From the NCBI GenBank assembly GCA_900769705.1, contig CAAGHP010000020.1:7600-71599 (forward strand): a DNA stretch of 64,000 nt, in the 5' to 3' direction. Below the pieces are notes generated by a model that ran no database searches, had not been told where the DNA came from, and was given only the letters and a program-made list of their open reading frames with translations. Below, in pieces: positions 9,797-17,965 of this stretch. The position numbers and the translations under genes are program-made. Origin of the DNA: Alphaproteobacteria bacterium (GTDB lineage Bacteria > Pseudomonadota > Alphaproteobacteria > RF32 > CAG-239). How positions within the stretch are numbered: the stretch's first letter is position 1; each line of letters starts with the position of its first letter.

Positions 9797-10747
9797 TTAG
9801 TCCTGTGTTTCTTTTATATCCTGATTAAAAAACGGATCAGACAAATAGCGTTCAATACTGTCGGGTAAGACCACCACAATATTTTTTCCGGTCATTTCCT
9901 CTCGTTTTGCCAAATTCAGAGCAGCACATATTGCTGCTGCCGCCGAAATTCCGACCGGCAATCCTTCGGTTTTGGCTACAGTTTTAGTCATTTCCAAAGC
10001 ATCATTGCTGCTTACTTTACAAACTTCATTAACCAATTCCGGACGATACAAAGGCGGAATAAAACCGGCACCTATACCGCCGATTTTATGCGAACCTTTC
10101 TGTCCTCCGCTCAAAACCGGACTTTCGGCCGGTTCGACAGCCATCACAAACAAATCCGGAATGCATGATTTAAGCGCTGAAGCAATACCTGTTATTGTTC
10201 CGGATGTGCCAACGCCGCAAACCACCGCATCAACATTTCCGCCGGTATCTTCCATAATTTCAACGCTTGTAGTCAGCTGATGAGCTTCCACGTTTGCCTG
10301 ATTTTCAAATTGTTTAAATTCTATCAGATTATTCGAACGAGATTTCAATATTTCCACCTTGCGGATTGCTCCGGCCATGCCTTCGGCAGCAGGTGTGAGT
10401 AAAACTTCGGCTCCGAACTGACGGATTAGCGCGATTTTTTCGCGAGCCATATTTTCCGGCATAACAATCACCAGTTTATAGCCGCGTTCCGCACAAAATG
10501 CCGCCAGCCCGACGCCGGTATTACCCGATGTAGCCTCAATAAACACAGTGTTTTCATTGATTTTGCTGAATGGTGCTTTTTTTATCATATTGAGCGCAAC
10601 ACGGTCTTTTACAGAAAAAATCGGATTATAAAACTCGCACTTTCCGATAACGTTTCCCTTGCATTCAAACATCTTCATAAGTTTATTCAGCTTAAGCAAC
10701 GGAGTATGGCCAATCAGTTCTTCTATAGATTCATAAATTTTTTGCAT
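9797..10747 (-). CDS. cysK: Cysteine synthase / O-acetylserine sulfhydrylase family PLP enzyme
   Basis: PLP-lysine motif SVKDR, TSGNTGVGLA, GVGTSGTITG. Confidence 0.85.
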   Translation of the reverse strand: MQKIYESIEELIGHTPLLKLNKLMKMFECKGNVIGKCEFYNPIFSVKDRVALNMIKKAPFSKINENTVFIEATSGNTGVGLAAFCAERGYKLVIVMPENMAREKIALIRQFGAEVLLTPAAEGMAGAIRKVEILKSRSNNLIEFKQFENQANVEAHQLTTSVEIMEDTGGNVDAVVCGVGTSGTITGIASALKSCIPDLFVMAVEPAESPVLSGGQKGSHKIGGIGAGFIPPLYRPELVNEVCKVSSNDALEMTKTVAKTEGLPVGISAAAAICAALNLAKREEMTGKNIVVVLPDSIERYLSDPFFNQDIKETQD

Positions 10748-10750
10748 AGT

Positions 10751-11149
10751 TTATTTCCTCATTCTGACAATCATATTTCTAAAACCGTTTTGCAGCGTGT
10801 CATCAAACTGGACATTGCCAACCATAACATCTTCAATCAGCTGCCAGCTCAAAGTTCCGCTGTTGATTTGCGCGTTTTCCACGTCATAAACCTCAAACAG
10901 CTGTGTTTCGCAAAAATATTCTCCGTTTTCTTCCACATCGGCATGCAGAGTATATTGCAGGCTCGGAGTTTCCGTAAGTGCTAAATAATCAGCTTTTGGA
11001 AAAGAATACAGTCCTAAAATTTTATCATATTGACATAGCAGTAAATTGTCTTTTACCACCACGGAATAGCTGCATTCACGCTTTTTTGCCTTACTTTGCT
11101 CATAAAAAAAGACTGCGCCGAATTTGTTTACAAACGGAATTTTAGTCAT
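10751..11149 (-). CDS. Hypothetical protein
   Basis: 132-aa ORF, translationally coupled to its neighbours (8-nt overlap with gmk, 3-nt gap to cysK). No motif recognised. Confidence 0.55.
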   Translation of the reverse strand: MTKIPFVNKFGAVFFYEQSKAKKRECSYSVVVKDNLLLCQYDKILGLYSFPKADYLALTETPSLQYTLHADVEENGEYFCETQLFEVYDVENAQINSGTLSWQLIEDVMVGNVQFDDTLQNGFRNMIVRMRK

Positions 11150-11804
11150 GCTCTGCTTCTTTCTTCAATTTTTCCACAAACTGAACCAGTCCGGTTTGAC
11201 GCACACGTTTCATACGTTCGGCCGAAATAATTTCACGCACGGTTTTCACGGTTTGATCCACATCAACATTTACAACCACATAGTCGTATTCCGTCCAATG
11301 AGCCATTTTTTCCAAGATTAAGCCCATGCGTTTATTGATAATTTCTTTGCTGTCGGTGCCTCTGCCCTCCAAACGACGACGCAGTTCATGGATTGATGGC
11401 GGCAAAAAGTAGATAGATACCACATCATTCGGCGCTTTTTCTTTCATCTGACGCAAACCAAGCCAATCCATATCAAAAACTACATCCTGCCCCACATTGA
11501 TAAAGCTGTCTACTTCAGAGCGCAGTGTACCGTAACGCGAACCGTACTGAGAATCTACATGTTCATAAAAAGCATCTTGTTTTAAGAGTTCGTTATATTT
11601 ATCATCGCTGATGTAATAGTAATCGACACCGTCTTTTTCACCTTCGCGCGGCTGGCGTGTAGTCGCCGAAACCGAAAATTTCAAGTTATCATCCAGAGCC
11701 ATCAGCTTTTTGATAACCGATGTTTTTCCTGTACCGGACGGAGCTTCAATAATAAACATAGCACCGCGGCGAACTTTTTTTAATGTATCGATAATATCAG
11801 TCAT
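11142..11804 (-). CDS. gmk: Guanylate kinase
   Basis: P-loop APSGTGKTS and TTRQPREGEKDGVDYYYIS. Confidence 0.93.
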   Translation of the reverse strand: MTDIIDTLKKVRRGAMFIIEAPSGTGKTSVIKKLMALDDNLKFSVSATTRQPREGEKDGVDYYYISDDKYNELLKQDAFYEHVDSQYGSRYGTLRSEVDSFINVGQDVVFDMDWLGLRQMKEKAPNDVVSIYFLPPSIHELRRRLEGRGTDSKEIINKRMGLILEKMAHWTEYDYVVVNVDVDQTVKTVREIISAERMKRVRQTGLVQFVEKLKKEAEHD

Positions 11805-11895
11805 TTTCTTCCTCTTGCAAAATAAACGCAGCCATACTATAACCTATAAATAACATATAACGCAACAGTTAAAATTTTACTAGGATATTTAGACA

Positions 11896-12660
11896 ATGCA
11901 AAAAAATATAGAAAACGTACTAATTACCGGCGCCTCTTCAGGAATCGGTGAAGCTTTGGCGCTGATATACGCTCAAAACGGCGCAAAAAATTTATTTTTA
12001 AGCGGCCGAAATGTCGAACGTTTAGAAAAAATTGTTGCCGAATGCCAAAAATCGGGAGCAAAAACCGAGGGCAAAGTTATTGATGTTACCGACAAAGCTG
12101 CAATGGAAAAATGGATTGAAGAATGCAATCAAAAAGCATCGCTTAACTTGGTTTTTGCCAATGCCGGAGTTTCTACCGGCGAAGAAACACCGAAAAATAT
12201 TTATAACACTTTCAATACCAATGTTATGGGAGTATTGAATACGGTTACTCCGGCCGTTGAGCTATATAAAAAACGTAAGAACGACAGTACAAAAATCATC
12301 GCTATAACCGCCTCCATTGCCGGATATCACGGACTCTGTGCCTGCCCGTCATACAGCGCCAGCAAAGCCTGCATCAAAGCCTACGGCGAAGCTCTGCGCA
12401 ACAGCCTGCGAGCCGAAAACATTGCCGTAAATATTATCTGCCCTGGTTTTGTACGTTCCCGCATTACCGATAAAAACACCTGCCCGATGCCGTTTTTTAT
12501 GGAAGCTGATAAAGCTGCAGGCATTATATATAAAGGTATCCAAAAAAATATCGGACTGATAGCTTTCCCTTGGCCGATGCGTTTCGGCGTATGGCTGCTT
12601 TCAATTTTACCGAATTGTTTAAGCGATTTTATTTACAGCCGTCTTCCGCATAAGGTATAA
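11896..12660 (+). CDS. Short-chain dehydrogenase/reductase (SDR)
   Basis: TGASSGIGEALA cofactor motif and the YSASKA catalytic motif. Confidence 0.85.
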   Translation: MQKNIENVLITGASSGIGEALALIYAQNGAKNLFLSGRNVERLEKIVAECQKSGAKTEGKVIDVTDKAAMEKWIEECNQKASLNLVFANAGVSTGEETPKNIYNTFNTNVMGVLNTVTPAVELYKKRKNDSTKIIAITASIAGYHGLCACPSYSASKACIKAYGEALRNSLRAENIAVNIICPGFVRSRITDKNTCPMPFFMEADKAAGIIYKGIQKNIGLIAFPWPMRFGVWLLSILPNCLSDFIYSRLPHKV

Positions 12661-12662
12661 GC

Positions 12663-13211
12663 ATGCGCTGTTCTTGGGTTGATGAAAATTGCAAAATTTA
12701 TGTATGCTACCATGACAAAGAATGGGGCAAACCGGTGCATGATGACTGCAAGCTTTTTGAAATGCTGATTTTAGAAGGCTTTCAAGCCGGACTTTCTTGG
12801 CTGACCGTCTTAAAAAAACGCCAAGCGTTTAGAGAGGAATTTGCCGGATTCGAGCCCAAAAAAGTAGCTCAACTCACCGAAGAAAAAATAAAAAAAATGC
12901 TGCAAAATCCGCAAATTATCCGCAGTCGGCAAAAAATCTGCTCGGCTGTTAATAACGCTAGAATATTTCTGCAAATTCAGCAGGAGTTCGGTACATTTGA
13001 TAAATATTTATGGCATTTTACAAACGGCAAAATTCAAAAGTACGGTATATTTCCCTGTCCTGTTAAAAATGAACTGTCGGATACAATTTCTAAAGACTTA
13101 AAAAAGCGCGGAATGAAATATGTTGGCAGTGTGATTATATATTCCTATTTGCAGGCCGTCGGAGTGATAAACGACCACGAGCCTCAATGCTTTTGTCACA
13201 CTAAAGATTAG
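12663..13211 (+). CDS. tag: DNA-3-methyladenine glycosylase I
   Basis: RCSWV...YHDKEWGKPVHDD..LFEMLILEGFQAGLSWLTVLKKR. Confidence 0.92.
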   Translation: MRCSWVDENCKIYVCYHDKEWGKPVHDDCKLFEMLILEGFQAGLSWLTVLKKRQAFREEFAGFEPKKVAQLTEEKIKKMLQNPQIIRSRQKICSAVNNARIFLQIQQEFGTFDKYLWHFTNGKIQKYGIFPCPVKNELSDTISKDLKKRGMKYVGSVIIYSYLQAVGVINDHEPQCFCHTKD

Positions 13212-13762
13212 CCGCCACGATGCAAAGCCTGCTTCCAAGCTAATAGAACCTCAGGTTTATATGCGGAATTTTCTCTTGCTTTACGTTCCAAAGTTTCTTT
13301 TTTATATTGTTCGATTTTCATTCGGCGTTCAGCATATTCTTTCAGTTCTTCATCTTTCAGAGTTTTAACTTCTCCATCTTGTTTTGCAGACAAATAGTCC
13401 ATCATACTAATATCTAAAGTTGCTTTTTTTCCGGCAGCTTTCATTTTATTAAATGTCTGTATAATTTTAGGTGTCAATTCCTTAGCCAAGCTTTCATAAT
13501 ACATATACATCGGCGACTTACGAACCGGAGCATTATTCTGTTGTGCCGAAAATTTGAATTTACCGAAAGTTATTTCAGGCTCCTGTCCTTCAATATCGGT
13601 CAGATATATGGAACCGGCATAATTTTCCAGTTTAGGATTTTCTCTTTTACGGCTGGCCATAATCATATCATGTATTATGCCGTCAGCCGGTGCAATATCA
13701 ATAATTAAATCATCTTTAAAACGCTCTTTAGAGCAAATAACGCGATATTGTTTTCTAGACAT
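13208..13762 (-). CDS. Hypothetical protein
   Basis: Start chosen at the ATG preceded by GGAGG (MSRKQYRV...). It has a Lys/Glu-rich helical C-terminus and no motif I recognise. Confidence 0.55.
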   Translation of the reverse strand: MSRKQYRVICSKERFKDDLIIDIAPADGIIHDMIMASRKRENPKLENYAGSIYLTDIEGQEPEITFGKFKFSAQQNNAPVRKSPMYMYYESLAKELTPKIIQTFNKMKAAGKKATLDISMMDYLSAKQDGEVKTLKDEELKEYAERRMKIEQYKKETLERKARENSAYKPEVLLAWKQALHRGG

Positions 13763-13881
13763 AATGCCTCCATTTTTTGTATAAAATAACATAAAAAAGA
13801 AAAAGTGTCCAGTTTTTAAAACAAAGCGCTTGCTTTTTTTTTCAAAGTAGCCTACAAACGATTTAATCGTATTTTATCCAT

Positions 13882-13972
13882 GGTAAGATGGCAGAGTGGT
13901 CGAATGCGATTGACTCGAAATCAATTGTACCTATTTCAGGTACCCAGGGTTCAAATCCCTGTCTTACCGCCA
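13882..13972 (+). tRNA. tRNA-Ser (anticodon CGA)
   Basis: Hand-folded. Acceptor GGTAAGA/TCTTACC, D stem GCA/TGC, anticodon stem ATTGA/TCAAT with loop CTCGAAA, long variable arm GTACC/GGTAC, T arm CAGGG-TTCAAAT-CCCTG, encoded CCA. Confidence 0.93.
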
Positions 13973-13982
13973 ATAAACAAAA

Positions 13983-14006
13983 AACTCCCTCTAGGGAGTT
14001 TTTTTG
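13983..14006 (+). terminator. Rho-independent terminator after tRNA-Ser
   Basis: AACTCCC (13983-13989), loop TCTA, GGGAGTT (13994-14000), then a T-run. Confidence 0.8.
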
Positions 14007-14019
14007 TTTATAGCGACAT

Positions 14020-14345
14020 ATACAAACCAGCACATAAGAAAAACCGGCCGCTTATTACTGCAACAGGCACTAACTCTCAGAAACTCGGATAGCCTGCGTA
14101 GATGCGACGGAATTTTTAAGCGACGTGTACAATAAGGTACACGAGCGCAAAACACATTATTCACAAAATTGCAGATAGTAGTGTAGATAGCGTTAAAACA
14201 AGAAGAGAGAAAATTTCAGCGTACAAAAATACCGGCCGCTTATTACTGCAACCGGCACAAACTCTCTGAAACTCGGATAATGAGCTTAATGCGAAGTAAG
14301 ATTTTTTCGCAGTGTACAAACTAGTACATAAGAAAAAATCTTACC
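14020..14345. repeat. Structured non-coding repeat region (two 48-nt cores with 188-nt period, plus TGTAC/GTACA hairpin modules)
   Basis: Cores at 14044-14091 and 14232-14279 are 45/48 identical (ccggccgcttattactgcaac.ggcac.aactctc.gaaactcggata). Hairpins are CGTGTAC-aataag-GTACACG (14124-14143) and TGTAC-aaacta-GTACA (14313-14328). The tail cataagaaaaaa occurs at both ends. Confidence 0.8.
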
Positions 14346-14371
14346 AGCAGAAAGCCATTAGACGAGTTTCC

Positions 14372-15040
14372 CTATATCCCGAGGATTTCATCAATCTTAT
14401 TACTAACCGCTTCAATTGTTCCGGTACCATCGACAGTACGCAGCAAACCTCGTTTTTCAAAAAATGGTATTGTCGGATAAGTCAAAAGCCGATAGTTTAC
14501 CAGACGATTCTGCACGGTAGCGCGGTTATCATCTTTACGACGTCCGAATTCAGTTCCGCCGCAAACATCGCATACACCATAAACTTTTGGCTTTTGAAAC
14601 TTATCATGATATCCGGCGCCGCATTTTAAGCACGAATAACGTCCTAAGATACGCTCCATAATGATTTCATCCGGCACTTGAATTTCCAGCACGCAGGTAA
14701 GCTTGATGTCTTTTTCGGCAAGCAGGCTCTCCAACACTTCTGCTTGCGGCAAAGTCCGTGGAAAACCATCCAAAATAAAGCCACGCTCGCAATCAGGCTG
14801 CCCAATACGGTTGCGCACCATTTCAATAATCATTTCATCGGTAGCAAATTCGCCTTTATCCAGCAAAGCCTTCAAATCACGCCCTAAGGGAGTATCCTGC
14901 GCGGCATACTCCCTTAACATTTCACCGGTCGATAAATGACAGATATGCGTTTTTTCTTTCAAAATTCGAGCCTGTGTCCCTTTACCGCAGCCCGGAGCTC
15001 CGGTAAACACGACATAAAGTCCTTTTTTTGTTTCAGACAT
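14372..15040 (-). CDS. adk: Adenylate kinase (zinc-lid type)
   Basis: P-loop GAPGCGKGTQ; lid cysteines CLKCGAGYH...CDVCGG. Confidence 0.95.
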   Translation of the reverse strand: MSETKKGLYVVFTGAPGCGKGTQARILKEKTHICHLSTGEMLREYAAQDTPLGRDLKALLDKGEFATDEMIIEMVRNRIGQPDCERGFILDGFPRTLPQAEVLESLLAEKDIKLTCVLEIQVPDEIIMERILGRYSCLKCGAGYHDKFQKPKVYGVCDVCGGTEFGRRKDDNRATVQNRLVNYRLLTYPTIPFFEKRGLLRTVDGTGTIEAVSNKIDEILGI

Positions 15041-16389
15041 TAACGCCCTTTCCTTTTAACCAATGCAGCTTTTTTCAAAAGCCCTTCATATTGATAGGCA
15101 ATTAAATGCGATTGAATTTGGCCGACAAAGTCCATAGTAACTTGCACCACGATGAGCAAGGTTGTACCACCCAAAACAAACGGCACGCCAACTTTACTAA
15201 TCAGCAATTCAGGCAAAATGCACAAGCAGACCAAGTAGATGGAAGCGATTACCGTCAAACGGGTAATTACATAGTCAAGATATTCGGCAGTATTTTTCCC
15301 CGGACGAATACCGGCAATAAAGCCGCCATGCTTCTTTAAATTATCTGCTGTTTCCTGCGGATTAAATACTACCGAAGTATAGAAAAACGTAAAGAACAGA
15401 ATTAAGAATGCATACAAGCCCAAATACACTGGCTGACCGTGTCCCAGCATCTGACTCAAACTTTGCACCCAAGACGGTCCCTTTTCAGCCGACAAATTAG
15501 CGATTGTGATAGGCAGCAGCAACAAAGAGCTGGCAAAAATCGGCGGTATAACGCCTGTCGGGTTGATTTTCAGAGGCAGATGAGAGCTTTCAGCTGCCAT
15601 CATCCGCATACCCATCTGGCGCTTCGGATATTGAATAATGATTTTTCTTTGTGCTCTTTCCACAAATACAATCACATAAATCAAAGCCAAAGCCATAGCC
15701 AGCAGCATTAAAATTGTGGTTATAGACATCTGACCGGCGCGCCCCAATTCAAAAGTCTGAGCCAAAGCGTTTGGAATATTGGCAATAATACCGACGGTAA
15801 TAATTAAAGAAGAACCGTTTCCAACACCGCGCTGAGTGATTTGATCGCCCAACCACACAATGAACATGGTACCACCGACCAGAGATACGATAGTAGAAAA
15901 TCTAAATGCAAAACTGTCAATCATCACGGCAGATGAACCGTTGGCTCCAGAAACGCTCTCCAAGCCGACAGCGATACCGTAGCCTTGAATAATTGTAATC
16001 AGCACAGTCAAACATTTTGTATAGTGTGTAATTTTGCGGTGACCGGCCTCGCCCTCTTTTTTAAGAGCCATCAAAGACGGAATAACTGATTGTCCCAGCT
16101 GAACAATAATGGAAGCAGAAATGTACGGCATAATGTTTAAGGCAAAAATCGTCATACGCTCCAGCGCGCCGCCGGAAAACATATTGAACATACCCAAAAT
16201 ACCGCCTTGGTTACGGCTGAACATTTCAGCCAGCACGCCTGGGTTAATTCCCGGAAGCGGAATATATGTGCCCAAACGGAAAATAATCAAAGCCCAAACT
16301 GTAAACCAAAGTCTTTTTTTCAGTTCGTCGGCTTTGCTAAAGGCAGACATATCAATATTGGCTGCCATTTTTTCTGCTAATGATACCAT
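15040..16389 (-). CDS. secY: Preprotein translocase subunit SecY
   Basis: 449 aa, 10 TM helices, typical SecY sequence (GINPGV..., GGALERMTIFALNIMPYISASII). Confidence 0.96.
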   Translation of the reverse strand: MVSLAEKMAANIDMSAFSKADELKKRLWFTVWALIIFRLGTYIPLPGINPGVLAEMFSRNQGGILGMFNMFSGGALERMTIFALNIMPYISASIIVQLGQSVIPSLMALKKEGEAGHRKITHYTKCLTVLITIIQGYGIAVGLESVSGANGSSAVMIDSFAFRFSTIVSLVGGTMFIVWLGDQITQRGVGNGSSLIITVGIIANIPNALAQTFELGRAGQMSITTILMLLAMALALIYVIVFVERAQRKIIIQYPKRQMGMRMMAAESSHLPLKINPTGVIPPIFASSLLLLPITIANLSAEKGPSWVQSLSQMLGHGQPVYLGLYAFLILFFTFFYTSVVFNPQETADNLKKHGGFIAGIRPGKNTAEYLDYVITRLTVIASIYLVCLCILPELLISKVGVPFVLGGTTLLIVVQVTMDFVGQIQSHLIAYQYEGLLKKAALVKRKGR

Positions 16390-16538
16390 TTTTTCATCCT
16401 TAAAATTTTAAAAACAAATCATAGGGTTATAAAAAACCCATTTGGATTTAATCTAATACACAAAAATAAATATTTTGCAACAAATTTATCTTTATCCTCA
16501 ATTTTTATACGATTCTTATGCAAATTTTTGCCGAATTA

Positions 16539-17186
16539 TTAAAAATTCCAAATTGCAATGGAGCAAGTATTATTTTTACCACAGTTGCATGCCGAGCTTG
16601 CTTTTGCCAAAGGCATCGGCTGATTGCGGCAGAAAACTACACCGGTGCTGTCCTTGCATTCGGACTTTTCGCTATAATCTTCACCGGTCAAATAGCCGCC
16701 GGTACTTAAATTATTTGAACTGGTTGCTGCCAATACGGCAACTTTTTTACCGCCCCAATCTTTGGCCATAATCTGCAGACATGTTTCTTTCGGCAAATTA
16801 TAGTAAGCAATCACAAAATCTTTTTCATTTGTATTTTTTGTATTGCCGAAAACTGATTTAGAAGTGCCGATTTTAACCTCTCCGCCAAAAACATTAACCA
16901 ATGACGAAGTATTGTTTTTTGTAACAATCATCTCTTCAGGAATCAATTTCATTTTTATGGCAGCATTTGTCGTAAAACCGGTAAATCTGTTATGTTGGCG
17001 CAAACCCAAATTTTTTACATTGGCAATCATGGTAGAAATTTGGTCAATACTTTGATTGGTTTTATATGATTCCATTGCTTTTGAAAAACCGGCAATACCG
17101 CCAACACTCAGCACGCCGATAATTGCAAGCACGCCCAGCATCTCTATCATTGAACGGCCGTTTTCATTTATCAACATATTTTTCAT
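16539..17186 (-). CDS. Prepilin-type N-terminal domain protein (type IV pilin / pseudopilin-like), cysteine-rich, paralogue 2
   Basis: N-terminus MKNMLINENG/RSMIEMLGVLAIIGVLSVGG has the class III signal layout (Gly -1, Glu +5, hydrophobic helix). The C-terminus has ACNCGKNNTC. 215 aa, the same length as its neighbour. Confidence 0.7.
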   Translation of the reverse strand: MKNMLINENGRSMIEMLGVLAIIGVLSVGGIAGFSKAMESYKTNQSIDQISTMIANVKNLGLRQHNRFTGFTTNAAIKMKLIPEEMIVTKNNTSSLVNVFGGEVKIGTSKSVFGNTKNTNEKDFVIAYYNLPKETCLQIMAKDWGGKKVAVLAATSSNNLSTGGYLTGEDYSEKSECKDSTGVVFCRNQPMPLAKASSACNCGKNNTCSIAIWNF

Positions 17187-17198
17187 TTTCAGAATCTC

Positions 17199-17846
17199 CT
17201 ACATAAATTTTATCACTAAAATACAAGATTGGCCTTTACAGCCGCAAGCCTTTGCAGCTTCAACCGGTGTCATCGGCACATCCAAAGTTCCGCCGCTCGG
17301 ACAAGCCACGGCATAAGCATTTCCGGAACCGGCTTCTTTACCGCTGCAACCTTTATACAATTCTTTTTCAATACTAGCGCTGACAGACGAGTCCGAACCA
17401 ACGCCGAGTCCGACAACTGATGACTTTTTACCACCCCAGTCGCTGGTTGCCAGCATCATGCAGGCATCAATGCTTATACCTGTATATTTTATTTGGTAAG
17501 CCATAAGCTCTTTCGAATTTTCAATAAGCGGCGCCCCCTCTATGGTAATTGAGCCGCCGTATAAATTTGATAAAGTACCGGCAGCCGCATTATCAACAGC
17601 CTGTGTCGGCACAGCACCGAACTTTATTGCTGCAATATTATTCAATCCGGAATATGATGAATTTTCGGCACCGATGGCTGAGATTTTAGAAGAAATTGCA
17701 TTTATTTGATTTTGAGTTTCATTTATTTTGTAGCGACTGTACATTTTGCCGAATGCCGCAATACCGCCGACGCTAAGTACGCCAATGATTGCCAGAACAC
17801 CAAGCATCTCTATCATTGAACGGCCGTTTTCATTAGTTTTATACAT
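17199..17846 (-). CDS. Prepilin-type N-terminal domain protein (type IV pilin / pseudopilin-like), cysteine-rich, paralogue 1
   Basis: N-terminus MYKTNENG/RSMIEMLGVLAIIGVLSVGG. It shares DWGGKK and the C-terminal ACGCKGQSC pattern with the downstream paralogue. AGGAGG RBS. Confidence 0.7.
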   Translation of the reverse strand: MYKTNENGRSMIEMLGVLAIIGVLSVGGIAAFGKMYSRYKINETQNQINAISSKISAIGAENSSYSGLNNIAAIKFGAVPTQAVDNAAAGTLSNLYGGSITIEGAPLIENSKELMAYQIKYTGISIDACMMLATSDWGGKKSSVVGLGVGSDSSVSASIEKELYKGCSGKEAGSGNAYAVACPSGGTLDVPMTPVEAAKACGCKGQSCILVIKFM

Positions 17847-17867
17847 TCAATCCTCCTGTTTTTTTAT

Positions 17868-17896
17868 TTTTTAACACGGCAGCCGGCTCTCGTCAA
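17868..17896 (-). promoter_or_regulatory. Candidate promoter of the pilin-like operon
   Basis: Minus strand reads TTGACG (17896-17891), 17 nt, TAAAAA (17873-17868), followed by an AGGAGG RBS. Confidence 0.5.
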
Positions 17897-17920
17897 GCAG
17901 GATTATTTTTTGTTTTTCAG

Positions 17921-17951
17921 TAAAAAAAGCGGCGCATCTGCCACCGCTTTC
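17921..17951 (-). terminator. Rho-independent terminator after the PfkB kinase gene
   Basis: AGCGGCG / CCACCGCT hairpin (one mismatch) followed on the minus strand by a T7 run. Confidence 0.7.
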
Positions 17952-17965
17952 AATAAATTTATCAA

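Noticed and set aside
13880-14092. 70-aa ORF overlapping tRNA-Ser. The same applies to ORFs 41516-41842 and 41680-41883 over tRNA-Thr.
   Set aside because: The sequences fold as canonical tRNAs with terminators. The ORFs have no RBS and are explained by the RNA genes.
14020-14345. Possible miniature CRISPR array downstream of tRNA-Ser.
   Set aside because: There are only two long cores and they are imperfect (3 mismatches). The 188-nt period is far longer than CRISPR repeat-plus-spacer units, the flanking modules are also related to each other, and there are no cas genes in the window.
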